Shown one piece after another: positions 62,655 through 64,000 of a DNA stretch of 64,000 nucleotides (the stretch's first letter is position 1; each line of letters starts with the position of its first letter). The stretch is from Pristiophorus japonicus (Eukaryota), in assembly GCF_044704955.1 (NCBI RefSeq), contig NC_091993.1, forward strand, positions 19,840,001-19,904,000. Direction: 5' to 3'. Under the pieces are notes generated by a model. The model worked only from the letters and a program-made list of their open reading frames with translations, did no database searches and had not been told where the DNA came from. A program made the position numbers and the translations under genes.

Positions 62655-63570
62655 TATGGCAGCAGAGTGGTTATGTTACCAGGCTAGTAAACCAGAGGCC
62701 TGGATTAATAATCTGGAGATGTGAGTTCAAATCTCACCATAGCAGCTAGGATGATTTAAATTCAGTTAATTAAATAAATCTGGAATTTTTTTTAAAAGCA
62801 TGAACCTACCGGTGATTGTCGTAAAAACCCAACTGGTTCTCTCATATCCTTCAGGGAAGGAAAACTCAAATCCTTACCCGGTCTGGCCTACATGTGATTC
62901 CAGATCCACAGCAACGTGGTTGACTCTTAACTGCCCTCTGAAATGGCCAAGCAAGCCACTCAGTTGTACCAAACTGCTACGACATTGAGGGAGTACCTAC
63001 ATCACAAGGACTGCAGTGGTTCATGCAGCTGTCATATGAGGAGAGATTGGGTCGACTAGCACTGTATTCACTCAAGTTTAGAAGAATGAGAGGGGATCTC
63101 ATTGCAACGTATACAATGGGTTGGATAGACTGGATGCGGGGAGGATGTTTCCCCTGGCTGGGAAGTCTAGAACAAGGGGTCACATTCTCAGGATACGGGA
63201 TAGGAAATTTAGGACCAAGATGAGGAGAAATGTTTTCACTCAGAGGGTGGTGAACCTGTGGAATTCGCTACCACAGAAGGCCAAGTCACTGAATATATTT
63301 AAGAGGGAGATAGATAGATTTCTCGAAGCAAAAGGCATCAAGGGATATGGGGAAAAAGCAAGAGTATGGTGTTGAGATAGCTGATCAGCCATGATCACAT
63401 TGAATGGCGGTGCAGACTCGAAGGGCTGAATGGTCTACTACTGCTCCTATTTTCTAGGTTTCTATGTTTTAAGTAGGCGGTTCACCACCATCATGGGCAA
63501 TTAGGGATGGGCAATAAATGCCGGCCTTACCAGCGATGCCCACATCCCATGAATGAAAGATTTAAAAAAT
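62655..63570 (+). mobile_element. tRNA-derived SINE with CR1-like tail, interrupted by CR1
   Basis: Homologous to rc of 52170-52575; resumes after 63468. Confidence 0.8.
63022..63468 (+). mobile_element. CR1 LINE 3' end
   Basis: LSYEERLGRLALYSL..RMRGDLI; FTQRVVNLWNSLP; TTTCTATG tail. Confidence 0.92.
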
Positions 63571-64000
63571 GCTTTGCCCAGTTTATGGCGAATTTAGGAG
63601 CGGGGGGCTAAAGCAGGTGTTAGGATGCTTATTAGCATATTTAAGGGGACCACCATTTGTTTCAGGCAGGTGATCTGGGCACTTGGAAGTCACCGAGGAG
63701 ATTGGGTGTGAGATCATGCACAGAAATTGGTCCACACAACATGTTTCGCCCAAATAAAATGGTCATGGCAGAGATTAACTTTTCCCTGTATTTCTCACAT
63801 AAAAGTATGAAATAAAACGTGTGTGTTTAAAATACTAAAGGCCTCTCGACTTTGAAAGGGACATTGTGAGTTACAAGTTATTGTAAGATAGCAAAATCTG
63901 ATACTTGTTTTAATCTTGCTTCTGTTATTCTCACTTTCCAATAACCTTGATTAATAGCTTTTAGCCTGAGATAGCTGCTCTGGTATTATTTGTCCAATAG

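Overview
Repeat-dominated vertebrate genomic DNA, most likely from a cartilaginous fish (shark), inferred from the repeat complement. I found no host protein-coding gene that I can recognise. Contents: two decayed full-length Ty3/Gypsy (Mag-like) LTR retrotransposons with LTRs, PBS, PPT and 5-bp TSDs (1411-5983 and 39039-43487); seven solo or partial LTRs from four families; one decayed complete PIF/Harbinger transposon with a spliced Myb/SANT gene facing a HARBI1-type transposase (32293-37045); several Harbinger-type MITEs; many CR1, L2 and RTE LINE fragments; Deu-domain and other tRNA-derived SINEs; and minisatellites. Most notable: (i) Penelope-derived non-coding elements carry minimal type I hammerhead ribozyme motifs, one with an intact core inside an insertion flanked by its own TSD; (ii) three unrelated LTR families carry a CTCF-like motif at about the same distance from their ends; (iii) a CpG-rich candidate promoter/first exon at 54.7-55.6 kb is split by a Penelope insertion. 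All coordinates were read by eye, and LINE/SINE fragment boundaries are approximate.
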